DNA from: a virus
Taxonomy: Duplodnaviria > Caudoviricetes
IMG/VR virus record: IMGVR_UViG_3300043598_000016
Location: 64-64,063 of that record
Length of the DNA: 64,000 bases
Reading direction: 5' to 3' (one strand)
Below are positions 53,819-63,615 of this stretch, one piece after another. Numbering within the stretch: the stretch's first letter is position 1; each line of letters begins with the position of its first letter. The position numbers were made by a program, and so were the translations under genes. The notes beneath the pieces are model-generated. The model did no database searches, was not told the DNA's origin, and saw only the letters and a list, made by a program, of their open reading frames with translations.

Positions 53819-54388
53819 CTATGCGGCTAGCGGATTCTCAGACAGGAACTTGCGCACGGCCAGGCCGCCGCCGGACGGGGCCAGCGGGCCGAGCTCGATA
53901 TCGAATCCCTCCACATCATCGTCAGCGCCCATGACCTCCTCGGGGATGTTGGCCAGCTCGCACACCGGTACGTAATACGCCTTGGTGTGATCCCCGTCGA
54001 TGACCCGCATGATGAAGGCGAACGTCTCGGTGTCGCCCGGGATCATCTCCCAGATACCCGAGGCGGTAGCGGTCTCCGCCACCGAGCCGCCGCGCAGCAG
54101 GGTGAGCACGGTGGCCTTGGAGTAGTCCACCGGGCGCAGCGCAATGGTCGGCTTGGGCGGCTGCTTGATCCGCTTGTACGGCGCGCCGGATTTGTTGTTC
54201 CACACATCAACGTCCGTGGTGTCCTGATCCGTGGTCAGGGTGAACCCGGCCTTGATGCCGCCGAAAGCCTCCCAGCTGGTCAGCGTGGCCGCGAAAATAT
54301 CGGCCGGCAGCGCCGTATCAGCCGGCGCCCGGAACGCATCCCCGTCGAGCCAGAGCCTGGCTAGATCGGGACTGGCGAAGTCAGACAT
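53819..54388 (-). CDS. major tail protein
   Basis: 189 aa acidic; synteny between tail terminator and chaperones; AGGAGG RBS. Confidence 0.82.
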   Translation of the reverse strand: MSDFASPDLARLWLDGDAFRAPADTALPADIFAATLTSWEAFGGIKAGFTLTTDQDTTDVDVWNNKSGAPYKRIKQPPKPTIALRPVDYSKATVLTLLRGGSVAETATASGIWEMIPGDTETFAFIMRVIDGDHTKAYYVPVCELANIPEEVMGADDDVEGFDIELGPLAPSGGGLAVRKFLSENPLAA

Positions 54389-54431
54389 TCCACCATCCTC
54401 CTACTTGGTTGATCTTCCAGGCTGCCGGGTT

Positions 54432-54480
54432 CCGCCCCCGCCGGGCAGGGCAGCCCACCACCGTGATCCGGCGGGGGCGG
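54432..54480 (-). other. stem-loop in the leader of the major tail gene
   Basis: CCGCCCCCGCCGG / CCGGCGGGGGCGG 13-bp inverted repeat. Confidence 0.55.
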
Positions 54481-54489
54481 TCTGTGTGG

Positions 54490-54969
54490 TCACGCCGCCT
54501 TGACCCGGAGTTCCGCCCGGATCAGGCAGCCGAACAGCGGCGCGTCCTCACCCCTGGTGGTGTCCAGGATCGGCAGCGGGCCGTCGATGACCCGAGTGAC
54601 CGACCAGTGCGCGATAAGCCCGTCAGCGCCCGTCCAGGCCACATTGCGAGCCCGGCTCAGCACGGCGGCGGCCCGGGCCGCGATATTCCAGGCCACCACC
54701 TCGGGCTCCACCCCGTTGGCCGGCGCGCACCAGCCGTTCACCTGCGCTAGGGGCAGCCAGGCGCCGGCGGACGCATCGGCCGGGAATCCGCCGGGGGACT
54801 GCACCACGGCGAACGGTTGGGTTACGTCCCGGGGCGCCCGGGTGCCACAGCGGCCGCCCACCAGCCCGGAGAACTCGAGATCGGCCAGCAGCCAGGCGCG
54901 CAGCATGCCCGGCACGTAGGGCAGCGCCGGCGCGGTCTCCGGGCCGGACAGAATCCCGGGGCCACTCAT
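54490..54969 (-). CDS. tail terminator
   Basis: Synteny and size. Confidence 0.7.
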   Translation of the reverse strand: MSGPGILSGPETAPALPYVPGMLRAWLLADLEFSGLVGGRCGTRAPRDVTQPFAVVQSPGGFPADASAGAWLPLAQVNGWCAPANGVEPEVVAWNIAARAAAVLSRARNVAWTGADGLIAHWSVTRVIDGPLPILDTTRGEDAPLFGCLIRAELRVKAA

Positions 54970-55295
54970 CGCGGCTGCATCCCGGTGTACTTCCCGAACC
55001 GGCGCGCGGAGTTGGTCATCACCGCGTGCGCCGGGGTGTCGCTGGTGCCGTACTCCTTATAGATCGACTCCTCGTCAGTGCTCTCCGCGTAGACCCGGCC
55101 GCCCGAGGTGGTCACCTGCATGGAGTTTTTCCACTCGCCGGTCTCCACCGGGGCGGCGGACCGGGCGGTGTCCACGATCGCCTGGGCGATCACCTCGAGC
55201 TCGTTCGTACCGGTGCGCAGACTGGCCCGGGCCTCGGCGATGGCCAGCGCCGGGAACACCACAATGCTGGTCACCCCACCTCGCCGAGCGGCCAT
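54966..55295 (-). CDS. HK97 gp10-like neck protein
   Basis: APVETG...EYGT...PAH motif. Confidence 0.8.
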   Translation of the reverse strand: MAARRGGVTSIVVFPALAIAEARASLRTGTNELEVIAQAIVDTARSAAPVETGEWKNSMQVTTSGGRVYAESTDEESIYKEYGTSDTPAHAVMTNSARRFGKYTGMQPR

Positions 55296-55678
55296 CAGAC
55301 CCCCTGCAGATCGGAGATGCGCCGCAGCGCGGCGGCGGCGTAGTAGGGCCGGCCGGCCCCGGCCAGGTACGGAGAGCGTTCCCTGGTGGCCGGATTGCCC
55401 TCCACCTCGTAACGGCTCCCGGTGGCCACGTCGGTGATCACCGAGTCCGCGCGCAGCGGCGCGTCCGGCGGCACCAGCAGGGTGTAGAGGCTGACTACCG
55501 TGGTCTGCGCGCCGTTGATCTCGATCGCCGAGCTGAGGTTCTCCACCGGGCGTTGAGACAGGTACGCCCGGGAGCTGACCGTCACCGGCTCCCCGGCCAC
55601 CTCGTTACCCGTGGTGGGCGAGATGGCCGGCGGGCCAGGGTTGGTGATGGTGATTTTATGCGGGAGTCGAGGTGCCAC
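55295..55678 (-). CDS. head-to-tail stopper
   Basis: Synteny; YEVEG.P motif; start moved to GTG 55678. Confidence 0.72.
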   Translation of the reverse strand: MAPRLPHKITITNPGPPAISPTTGNEVAGEPVTVSSRAYLSQRPVENLSSAIEINGAQTTVVSLYTLLVPPDAPLRADSVITDVATGSRYEVEGNPATRERSPYLAGAGRPYYAAAALRRISDLQGV

Positions 55679-55853
55679 TCTCGGCCACCTCACCGCTCTG
55701 CTCGGTGGCGCCATCCTTGGCCAGCTTGCGGTGCGCCGCCGAGCCTCGGGCCGTGTAATGCTCCCGGCCATCGGCATCGGTCAGCACGACTACCGAGCTG
55801 CCGCCCTCGGGCGTGTCCTCGGGCTCGGGGTCTGTCTTGCGCCTGGAAACCAT
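55656..55853 (-). CDS. small hypothetical head-tail region protein
   Basis: 65 aa, GAGGA RBS. Confidence 0.55.
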   Translation of the reverse strand: MVSRRKTDPEPEDTPEGGSSVVVLTDADGREHYTARGSAAHRKLAKDGATEQSGEVAESGTSTPA

Positions 55854-55860
55854 CGTGTCC

Positions 55861-56277
55861 TCACATCGCCGGTGTCACGGAGAATGCTTTGCCCCGGCTG
55901 ATGTCCTCACCGGCCGGGGTGATCATCTTGAGTTCGTCCGCCTCGAGCCGTAGGCCGGCCTTGGCGATCTGGGAGTACTGGATGGAGTACTCCGGGTGCG
56001 ACTCGCCCACGATCGGGATCCCGCCCCGGTCCACCGTGGTGAGTGCCCGGATGAGCACCTGGGCGGCCACCGCCTCCACCATCAACCGGGAGACCTTGCC
56101 GTCCGCCAACCACTGGTCGATCTTGGGCCGCAGTGAGCGGATCAGCGCCGAGGTGTCATCGCAGAGCGCCTCGATCTGGGCCAGCTCCCCCTCGGTGTCC
56201 CACTCGGCACGGCCGAGCCGGACCGCGATATCCCCCGGTATGACCAGGGGGTCCAGGTCCGGCTCGGCGCTGCTCAC
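55861..56277 (-). CDS. head-to-tail adaptor
   Basis: DI..RLGR...L.DD.SALIR pattern; synteny. Confidence 0.75.
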   Translation of the reverse strand: MSSAEPDLDPLVIPGDIAVRLGRAEWDTEGELAQIEALCDDTSALIRSLRPKIDQWLADGKVSRLMVEAVAAQVLIRALTTVDRGGIPIVGESHPEYSIQYSQIAKAGLRLEADELKMITPAGEDISRGKAFSVTPAM

Positions 56278-56279
56278 CG

Positions 56280-56555
56280 CTAGCCCTTGCGGGCGGCCGG
56301 CCGGGCCGCTGGCTTGGCCGGTGCCGGCTCAGACTCCTCGGCCTTGGCCGATTCCTCGGCGGCCGCCTCGGCGTCCTCACGGCGCTTGTCAGCGGCTTCC
56401 TCGTCAGCCTCGATCTGCTCGAGCGGGGTGGGCAGATCGGACGGCTCAAACGCCCGTTCGTTCTCCACGGTCACCCCGTCAGGCAGATCGGAGCCGGCCG
56501 GGTAGACCACCCCGTCCACCACAACAGTCTTGGTCAGCGTCTTACCCATGATCAT
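56280..56555 (-). CDS. hypothetical protein after major capsid
   Basis: AAGGGAG RBS; typical position. Confidence 0.65.
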   Translation of the reverse strand: MIMGKTLTKTVVVDGVVYPAGSDLPDGVTVENERAFEPSDLPTPLEQIEADEEAADKRREDAEAAAEESAKAEESEPAPAKPAARPAARKG

Positions 56556-56563
56556 CAGCTCCC

Positions 56564-57598
56564 TTATGCCACGTCAGCGATCAGCGACAGATCCGGGTTC
56601 CCCAAGATCGGGATGGCAATCGCCGAGCCCACCGTGTGAACCCTGATCGGCGTGGGTTTGTTGATGAAGCTGCCCACCACAATGCCGCCGAGCTCCTGGC
56701 CGCCGGCCAGCCCATATTCCGGCTGCTGGCTTTCGGCGGTGGCCCCGTACAACGTGGCGCCCAGGGTGTCCCCGGCCGGCGGCAACATCAGCAGCTTGTC
56801 ATCCGGGATGAGCCGGGTGGTGGAGCCGCCCACGTTCTTGCCAACCGCGTCGTACTTGGTGATCGGCGGCAGCCCGAACTCAGCCAGGATGGCCTGCACC
56901 TCGGACTCCCGGATCCGGCCCACCGTGGAGCCCACCGGCAGCGCGAAGGACAGCATCTGCGCGGACTTGGCCAGCAGGGTCACCACCCGGGTGCTGGTCC
57001 AGATCTGGCCGGGCTGCTGCCCGTTGGTGGCCACGTAAATGTCCCGCCACGCCATCAGGTCATCCAACGGCACCGCAGAGGCCGCGTTCGTCCAGAGCAC
57101 GGTAGCCGGGACTACCGAGTGGGTGCCCGAGCGGCCGAACACCACCTCGGCCTGAATGTGATCCTCGGCGATGGTCACCCGGCCCTCCACCAGGGCCTGG
57201 GCCCGGGCGAACTCAAGGCGCCAATCAATCGCCCGGGTGATCCGCAACGCGTCGCGCAGCAGCAGATCCCGGACCTCCTGGTCCGCGTTGCGCAACCGCA
57301 GTGAGTCGTACTCCCCTAACACGTATTGCCTACCGATTGGCGGCAATGAGCCCATCCGCTCGGTGATGCCGGCCCGGGCGCCGAACGTGGGCTCAGCGTC
57401 GAAGGCCCGGTAACTGGCCGCCTCCACCAGTCCCTCGGTGTTGCCCTGGCTGAACTTGTACGTCAGATCGTTGATCGGCTTATCCGGCAGCAACGCGGAG
57501 AGCACCAGCTGGTTCTCTGGGCGATCCTGCAGCCCCTCCCGGGCGTACCCGGTCAGCTCGGCCGGGGTGATGTGCTGGTCAAAGAGTTCTAGCGCCAT
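56564..57598 (-). CDS. major capsid protein (lambda gpE-like family)
   Basis: 344 aa; A.YRAFDAE, LPPI, E.AR.QAL..G and GATLYG.TAE motifs; GGAGGGG RBS. Confidence 0.9.
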   Translation of the reverse strand: MALELFDQHITPAELTGYAREGLQDRPENQLVLSALLPDKPINDLTYKFSQGNTEGLVEAASYRAFDAEPTFGARAGITERMGSLPPIGRQYVLGEYDSLRLRNADQEVRDLLLRDALRITRAIDWRLEFARAQALVEGRVTIAEDHIQAEVVFGRSGTHSVVPATVLWTNAASAVPLDDLMAWRDIYVATNGQQPGQIWTSTRVVTLLAKSAQMLSFALPVGSTVGRIRESEVQAILAEFGLPPITKYDAVGKNVGGSTTRLIPDDKLLMLPPAGDTLGATLYGATAESQQPEYGLAGGQELGGIVVGSFINKPTPIRVHTVGSAIAIPILGNPDLSLIADVA

Positions 57599-57615
57599 GA
57601 TCTATTCACCCCTCC

Positions 57616-58002
57616 CTAGTAGGCCCGGACAGTTGGGCACGTGCTGAACCCGGTGGCGTCCACCGCGATCGGTAGCCGCGCCTTGACCACGGACACGTGA
57701 TCAACCATGGCGCCCACCGGGTCCGCCGTGGTGTCCACCACCCCGTTGACCGAGACCACCGGCACGGAGAACGCGAGGAACCCGGCGAGCACCTTGGTGG
57801 TGGCCCAAGGCTCGTACTTCTGGCTGGTGCCGTTGAGGGTCAGCGCAAGCCCGGACTTGAGGAACCCGTCCGGGTAGTGAAGGTTCGCGGTGAACGTGGA
57901 GGTATCCAGCGTGCACGGAACCGCCGATTCCAGCCCATGGCGTGACCTCAGCCAGGTCTGGTCATCGGCAGCCCAGGTCTGGCTGGTCTGCGATAGATGC
58001 AT
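57616..58002 (-). CDS. head decoration protein
   Basis: DQTWL...TLD.S.F...YP.G.LKSG pattern; precedes capsid gene. Confidence 0.8.
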   Translation of the reverse strand: MHLSQTSQTWAADDQTWLRSRHGLESAVPCTLDTSTFTANLHYPDGFLKSGLALTLNGTSQKYEPWATTKVLAGFLAFSVPVVSVNGVVDTTADPVGAMVDHVSVVKARLPIAVDATGFSTCPTVRAY

Positions 58003-58011
58003 AGCCGCCTC

Positions 58012-58716
58012 TCATGCGGTCGGTGAGGATCTGCCAGCGTGTTTCTGGCGATAGAGATCACGCCCGGCCTGCACCGTGGAGGTTTGAGGCGGGCTCCCGT
58101 TGCCAGCCGCCTGGGCCGGGTTAGGGGCGAACGGGGGCGGGGCCGCCGAGCCTGCCGGCGCTACCACCGCTTTGATCTTGGGATTGGCCGTCACGGCGGC
58201 GGTCACAGCGGCATCGAGCCGCGTGGCGAAATCCGCCGCGCCCGGGTCGAGCTGGTGCGCGTCCGCCAGGAACGCGCGACTGTCAAGCAGTGCGTCGGGA
58301 TCGGCGCCGTGCCGGGTGGCCACCCGGTAAGCCGCGTTCTCCACCCGCTCCCGCTTGAGCTGGTCCTCACGCTCAACGATCTGAGCCTGTAGGGCCACCG
58401 GATCGGGCGCCTGGCCCGCCGGGGTGATGCCGAGTGCCTGGGCGAGCTGCTGAGTGACCTCAGTGCGCGCCGCCGCCGCCGCGTTCTCACGCGCGGTGGT
58501 GCGTTCGCGGGCCGCGTCATCCCTGGTATTCCGGATCAGGGTCTGCGCCCACTCGGGCAGGCTGGCCACGTCCTCAGGGGGCGCCTGGCCTGATCCCTGC
58601 GGCGGCGGTTGCTGCCCGGCCGGCGGTGTCGCTGCCGGCGGTTGTTGCCCGGTCGGTGCGGGGGGCGCCTGGCCTGATCCCTGCGGCTGACCGGTGGTAC
58701 CGGTTGGAACTGTCAC
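58012..58716 (-). CDS. capsid scaffolding protein
   Basis: P/Q-rich N-terminus, LPEWAQ..I..R, DALLDSRAF. Confidence 0.8.
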   Translation of the reverse strand: MTVPTGTTGQPQGSGQAPPAPTGQQPPAATPPAGQQPPPQGSGQAPPEDVASLPEWAQTLIRNTRDDAARERTTARENAAAAARTEVTQQLAQALGITPAGQAPDPVALQAQIVEREDQLKRERVENAAYRVATRHGADPDALLDSRAFLADAHQLDPGAADFATRLDAAVTAAVTANPKIKAVVAPAGSAAPPPFAPNPAQAAGNGSPPQTSTVQAGRDLYRQKHAGRSSPTA

Positions 58717-58782
58717 TGTCTCATCTCCCGCTGATCTCGGCCAACCGCCTGGGTTGACCTTGATAACCGCCGCCTGGGCGGA

Positions 58783-59814
58783 TCACACGATGTAGCCGAA
58801 CCGGCCGAGCTGGCGCAGCGTCTCTTCACGGGTCCAGCCCTCAACCTCGGCCTGGGCCATGATCTCGTCCGGCAGCAGCCGGGGAGCCTTGGCGTAGCGC
58901 AGCGACTTGGCCCCCGAGGGGCGCCGCTCGAGCTGCCCGCGCGGCCGCTTGCGCAGCGTGCCGTCCGGCTGCACCTCATAGCCGCCGTACCAGCCGCGCA
59001 CCGAGGTGCCCGAGGTGGTGGCCCGCACGTCCCGGCCGAACGAGGAGACCACCTGGACCCCGCTGTACGCGTTGACCGTCTGGCTGATGTCCGCGCCGGC
59101 CCGGATCGCGGCGGCGGCCCCGCCGAACAGCGCGTCCTGCTGGGCCGGCGCCAACCGGTTGAAATACGCCCGGGGGTCGGTGGTCCAGTCGCCGGGCGCA
59201 TCCTCGGCGGACGGGATCATGTAGCAGTCACATTGCGGATGGCGCTTGAAAGCCGAGCGGCGGTAGTGCCGCCCGGCCAGCACGGCGCACCGGGCGCAAC
59301 TGGTCCCGCGCAGCGCCCGCACGTAGCTCTTGGCCGAGCTCCGGGCGAACATGCCCACCCCGATGGCCGAGCGGGCCATATCCCGCACGCCCTCGGACAC
59401 GATCGCGCCGGCCACGTAGCGCGCCCGGCTGGCCGCCAGGTTGCCGCCGGCGCCGGCCGAGGTGGCATCCCGGTAGGCACTCGGCGGCGCATAGACCAGG
59501 TTGCGCAGCCAGCTGCCGCCCCCGTCCGTCTGGTCCACAAACGTCTCGGTGGCCACCCGGGCATCGGCGGCGGTGTCCGCGCCCTGGGCGGCCAGCACAT
59601 CGTCCAAGTACGGATCCGCCTGCTGTACCCCGGCCCGCTGCAGCTCGAGCAGGGTCGGGCCGGCGTCCACCACGGCGGCCCGCCACCGGTCCGGGTTCCC
59701 GCCGGCCAGCGCGCCGCTCTGCTGGTCGATCTGCTCCACCGCGTAGGCGGTCAGCAGCTCGAGATCGTTCGAGTAGCCGGCAGCCACGTCAACGACGGCG
59801 GCCGGCGGTGGCAC
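58783..59814 (-). CDS. minor head / capsid maturation protein
   Basis: CARCAVLAG...F.RHPQCDC, GADISQ.VNA, RL.P.EI; follows portal. Confidence 0.8.
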   Translation of the reverse strand: MPPPAAVVDVAAGYSNDLELLTAYAVEQIDQQSGALAGGNPDRWRAAVVDAGPTLLELQRAGVQQADPYLDDVLAAQGADTAADARVATETFVDQTDGGGSWLRNLVYAPPSAYRDATSAGAGGNLAASRARYVAGAIVSEGVRDMARSAIGVGMFARSSAKSYVRALRGTSCARCAVLAGRHYRRSAFKRHPQCDCYMIPSAEDAPGDWTTDPRAYFNRLAPAQQDALFGGAAAAIRAGADISQTVNAYSGVQVVSSFGRDVRATTSGTSVRGWYGGYEVQPDGTLRKRPRGQLERRPSGAKSLRYAKAPRLLPDEIMAQAEVEGWTREETLRQLGRFGYIV

Positions 59815-61321
59815 CGTTCCTCCGGGCGTTGGTGGGCGGCCCAGCCGGCGGCCCGGCCGGCGGCGGCTGCTGGCCGGCGGGAGCAGGCTCGCCCGGGGCC
59901 GGGATCCCGGCGCCGCCGGCGGCCCCGTTGAGGTTCTTGAGCCCGGCCAAGATGTTGCTGGTCCGGGCCCCGTCGCTGCCCATCCGGTCCTTCATCAGGG
60001 CCCGCTGCGCCGGGGTGTACCCGCAATCCTCCTGGGCCTGCTCGGTGTCGATGATGCCGGCCTGCACCAGCTTGACGGCGCGGTCCGCGATGGCCGAGGC
60101 GGTGGGCGTGCTGGGGTCGCGCCAGACAGTTTCCATCCGGTTGCCCTCGGCCGGGTCGCGGCCCATCATCGCCAGCGCGATGCGCATGGCCCGCTCCCAG
60201 GTGCCGCCCTTGCCCCGCTGGTGTCGCTCGGCCCGCTTCACCAGCCGCGCCTCGCTCGAGCGGATGGCGTCCGCCGAGGCCGGGTTCTCACTCGAGTAGC
60301 CGAGGTAGTGCGGCGGTAGCCCGTACTTGGACGCGGCCAGGGTGGCGATCTGTTTGATCACCGCGATGTAGTTGTTCAGGTCGCTGGCGGTGAACTGCCC
60401 GATCTGCGGGCGGTCGCCTTCCCCGGCCGCGATGCGGCGGCCGTCCTCGTCCACCGGCGGCGGCACCGCCCACAGGTAGCCGGCGGCAACCTGCCACGCC
60501 TTGAGCTGGTGGCCGGCCTCATCGGTGAACATGGCCGGGTCCAGGTTGATCGCCCACCGGCGGGGCAGCGCGTGGTGTTCCACCCCGGCGAGCATGTTGG
60601 TGGCGGTCTGATTGACCGCGTCCACCAGCGGGATGATGTCGGCCAGCTCAGAGTGGCCCAGGCCGCGCCGGGACCGGGTGAGCATCGGCACCACCGGCAC
60701 CAGCGGGGAGGTCTGGTGCGCCTCGAGTGTCTTGGACCAGCCGTCCTTGGTTTTCTCCACCACCTTGGGGCCCTTGGCGCCGTGCTGGTAGGTGATCGAG
60801 CGCCCGGGGAGGTAGAGCTGGGCCATGTCCTCGGCGGTCAGCGCGTCGTCGGACTTCCACACCTTGAGCGCGGAGATCACCCGCCGCGATCCGGGATCCA
60901 CCTCCACCGCCACCTGGTCCGAGTACTCGACCGTGACCAGCGGGATATCGGTGTCCGAGGGGCCCAGCATCACGTAGGACTGACCGCACACCATGGAGGC
61001 CACGTGCGCCTCGCCGGAATTTTCGTCCAGGTCATTGTCCTGCCAGACGTGGCTGAGGTCCTCGTCCACCTCGTCCGCGCCGGCCAGGCGGAAACCCTCC
61101 ACGTCCAGCCGCTCTTCCACCGAGGCCACGATCAGCTCGGACCAATTCACCCGCAGCGGCGGGAACCGGTCTCCCTGCTCGAGCAGGATCCGGGCCACGT
61201 AGGCCAGCGGCTGCTCATTGTCGTAGTACGCCCAGAGATCGGCGTGGTCCTGCTGCTGCTTGCGCCGCTTGCGCTGCAGCCGCTCGAGCCATTGATCGTC
61301 AGTCTGGTCCAGCAGGGCCAC
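59789..61321 (-). CDS. portal protein (SPP1 gp6-like)
   Basis: NW..L.V....ERL.V.GF, G.SE, NPASADAIR..E.RL, WE..MR. Confidence 0.92.
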   Translation of the reverse strand: MALLDQTDDQWLERLQRKRRKQQQDHADLWAYYDNEQPLAYVARILLEQGDRFPPLRVNWSELIVASVEERLDVEGFRLAGADEVDEDLSHVWQDNDLDENSGEAHVASMVCGQSYVMLGPSDTDIPLVTVEYSDQVAVEVDPGSRRVISALKVWKSDDALTAEDMAQLYLPGRSITYQHGAKGPKVVEKTKDGWSKTLEAHQTSPLVPVVPMLTRSRRGLGHSELADIIPLVDAVNQTATNMLAGVEHHALPRRWAINLDPAMFTDEAGHQLKAWQVAAGYLWAVPPPVDEDGRRIAAGEGDRPQIGQFTASDLNNYIAVIKQIATLAASKYGLPPHYLGYSSENPASADAIRSSEARLVKRAERHQRGKGGTWERAMRIALAMMGRDPAEGNRMETVWRDPSTPTASAIADRAVKLVQAGIIDTEQAQEDCGYTPAQRALMKDRMGSDGARTSNILAGLKNLNGAAGGAGIPAPGEPAPAGQQPPPAGPPAGPPTNARRNGATAGRRR

Positions 61322-61342
61322 GCGCTCACCACCTCTCTCGGG

Positions 61343-63043
61343 TCAATTCATCACCACCACGCGCCGGCGGCTCGGCTCCCGGCCCTGCCCAGCCGCCACC
61401 GCGTCGCAGCGCGCCTCATGGGCCAGCGCGGCGCACATGGCCATATCAATCTTTTGATGTTCGGTCGGTTTGCCGAGGATGTAGCGCTCCCCCGGCCGGG
61501 CCAGCTTCCGGGCGTTGCCGACATGCCGAGCGGTCACCGGGTCGGGATCCGTGGTCAGCGCGCCGGTGCTCAGATCGGTGACGAACCGGACCAGGCAGTC
61601 ATGCATGGCGGTGATCCGGTTGGTGGGCCACTCAAAAACGATCTTGCCACCGTAGGCCAGCGCCCAGCCCTCGATCTCGGTGGCCCAGTCGCGCGGATCG
61701 GCGTAGAGCCGCACCACCCGGTAGCGGCGCATCAACTCGTCCAGCGCGGCGGCCACCTCGGTGCGGGGGATCCGGCCGCCGTGCTGTTTCGGATCCCAGA
61801 TCGTGGGCAGCCGATCCGGGCCGTAGGTGGGTGTGAACCCGTAGCCGTCCATCGTCTCGGCCCGGAACCCGGTCCAGTCCTCCGACTCGGACCCGTCGAA
61901 CCCGAGCGCGATCCGGGCCCGGTCCGGCACCTCACGGGTGACCTGGCGGCTCTCCCACAGCCCATCGGGCAGCCAGCTGCCGATACCCGCCTTGGGCCGG
62001 TTACCGAAAAAGCGCTCGGCCTGCACCGGATCGGTGGCCACCAGCTCGGCCGCCTCGGCCTCGATCGCGTCCAGGTCGATGTGCCCGCCGCGTTCGCGGA
62101 GGCTCGAGCCGTAGACATAGCGGTGGATGCGCCTTCGCTCCCGGCGGTCTCCGTAGCTGAGGTTGGCCGGCGCCATCGGGTGGTAGCGGAACACGTCCCG
62201 GCCGCGCTGCAGCTCGGCCCGCTGCTCGGGCTCCACGGTGTGCGGATCCCAGGCCGAGGCGGACTCGGCGGTGCGCTGGGCCACGCTGTCCTGGGTGGGA
62301 TCCCATCCGTTGGTGGTCTCCTCGGCTCGGCCGCCCATCCCGGCCAGGCCACGGCGCTGGGTAGTGGCCAGCGTGTGCATGCCGTTGGCCTTGGTCCAGA
62401 TCCCCACCTCGTCCTGGGGGGCGAACGTGAGCGGGTTACCGAGCCGGGACTGGGCCGAGCTGGCCACCGCGTCAATCCGGCCGCCACCGGGCAGCCGGAT
62501 GAACTCCTCGGCCACCCGGGGCATCACGTCGAACAGCGGCCCGTAGCGGATCATCGGGCGCAGCCAGCCGAACACGTTGTCCGTGCTGTCCTCGCTGTAC
62601 CCGGTGACCTGGATCAGCGGGGTCGGCCAGGGCATGCCCATGGCTTCACCGGGCTGGTAGTCATACGCCCAGTCGCACGGGCAGCCGTGGTCGCTGCAGG
62701 CGTAGCCGTCACCGCGCTGGGCCCAGCCGGCGAACAGCGCCGGGCCGGCGCCCTCGAGACAGCAATGCGCGGCGGTGTGCGGCCCCTTGCCGGCTTTCTG
62801 GGGTAGCACGATCTGAGCTCGGCGGTAGAAAAACGCGGGGCCCAGCACCGGATTGTCCGGAATCCACTCGGCGGTCTGCTTCACCCGGTAGAAATTGGCC
62901 AGACACCACGCTTGCCAGGCCAGCAGGGTGAACGGCTGGCCGCGCCGGAACCCGTCCGGGATCACGCAGTGCGCCTCCACCCAGTCAAGCGCGACATAGA
63001 GGGTGGGCCAGTCGACCAGGAACCCGGACTCGGGTGACTTCAC
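61343..63043 (-). CDS. terL: terminase large subunit (canonical copy)
   Basis: PQKAGKGP, QDE, TTN, GFDGS and KID motifs; directly upstream of portal. Confidence 0.92.
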   Translation of the reverse strand: MKSPESGFLVDWPTLYVALDWVEAHCVIPDGFRRGQPFTLLAWQAWCLANFYRVKQTAEWIPDNPVLGPAFFYRRAQIVLPQKAGKGPHTAAHCCLEGAGPALFAGWAQRGDGYACSDHGCPCDWAYDYQPGEAMGMPWPTPLIQVTGYSEDSTDNVFGWLRPMIRYGPLFDVMPRVAEEFIRLPGGGRIDAVASSAQSRLGNPLTFAPQDEVGIWTKANGMHTLATTQRRGLAGMGGRAEETTNGWDPTQDSVAQRTAESASAWDPHTVEPEQRAELQRGRDVFRYHPMAPANLSYGDRRERRRIHRYVYGSSLRERGGHIDLDAIEAEAAELVATDPVQAERFFGNRPKAGIGSWLPDGLWESRQVTREVPDRARIALGFDGSESEDWTGFRAETMDGYGFTPTYGPDRLPTIWDPKQHGGRIPRTEVAAALDELMRRYRVVRLYADPRDWATEIEGWALAYGGKIVFEWPTNRITAMHDCLVRFVTDLSTGALTTDPDPVTARHVGNARKLARPGERYILGKPTEHQKIDMAMCAALAHEARCDAVAAGQGREPSRRRVVVMN

Positions 63044-63534
63044 TCGCCCGGATCATCCTCGGGCGGCTCGGGCACGATCTCGAATCGCTCCCGGGCGCCG
63101 CGCCGCCGAGCCCGGGCCGCGTCGGTGCCGGTGGCGGCCAGCGGCTTGGCCGCCTCGCCGATCTTCCACCGGTGCATCCGTAGGCCGGGCATGGTGATGC
63201 CGAGCGAATCGGCCAGCTGGCGCCACGCGGTGCGCACGTTCACCGGCGCGCCGGGTTGCTCCGCCTCGGTGAATACCCGGACGTACTGGCCCACCTCATC
63301 GGCCAGGCCGAGGCGTTCCCACATGAGCGCCTGCGGTTTGCGCCAGAGTCGGGCCCAGAGCTCCCGTTCCCGGCGGGTGGCTTTCGGATCGAGGGGCCAA
63401 TCCGGCAGTGGGCGGCCCACCCGGCCCTCAGCCGGCAGTGTCACCCATTCACCGCCCTGGCCATTGGCCGAGCGGATGGAGTTCGGATCCGGCTTGCTTC
63501 CGGCGCCTGGCCGGGCCCCGCCGTGAGTAGGCAT
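63040..63534 (-). CDS. terS: terminase small subunit
   Basis: GGARPGAG..PDP, WPL, W..PQA..W, LG.T..G; overlaps terL start. Confidence 0.85.
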   Translation of the reverse strand: MPTHGGARPGAGSKPDPNSIRSANGQGGEWVTLPAEGRVGRPLPDWPLDPKATRRERELWARLWRKPQALMWERLGLADEVGQYVRVFTEAEQPGAPVNVRTAWRQLADSLGITMPGLRMHRWKIGEAAKPLAATGTDAARARRRGARERFEIVPEPPEDDPGE

Positions 63535-63615
63535 CGAATTGTCCCTACTATTGCCCGGGGCGCCTGGCCCCAGGGTTCTCTTTACTATTCCGCCACCATT
63601 GTGGCGACACTATTA

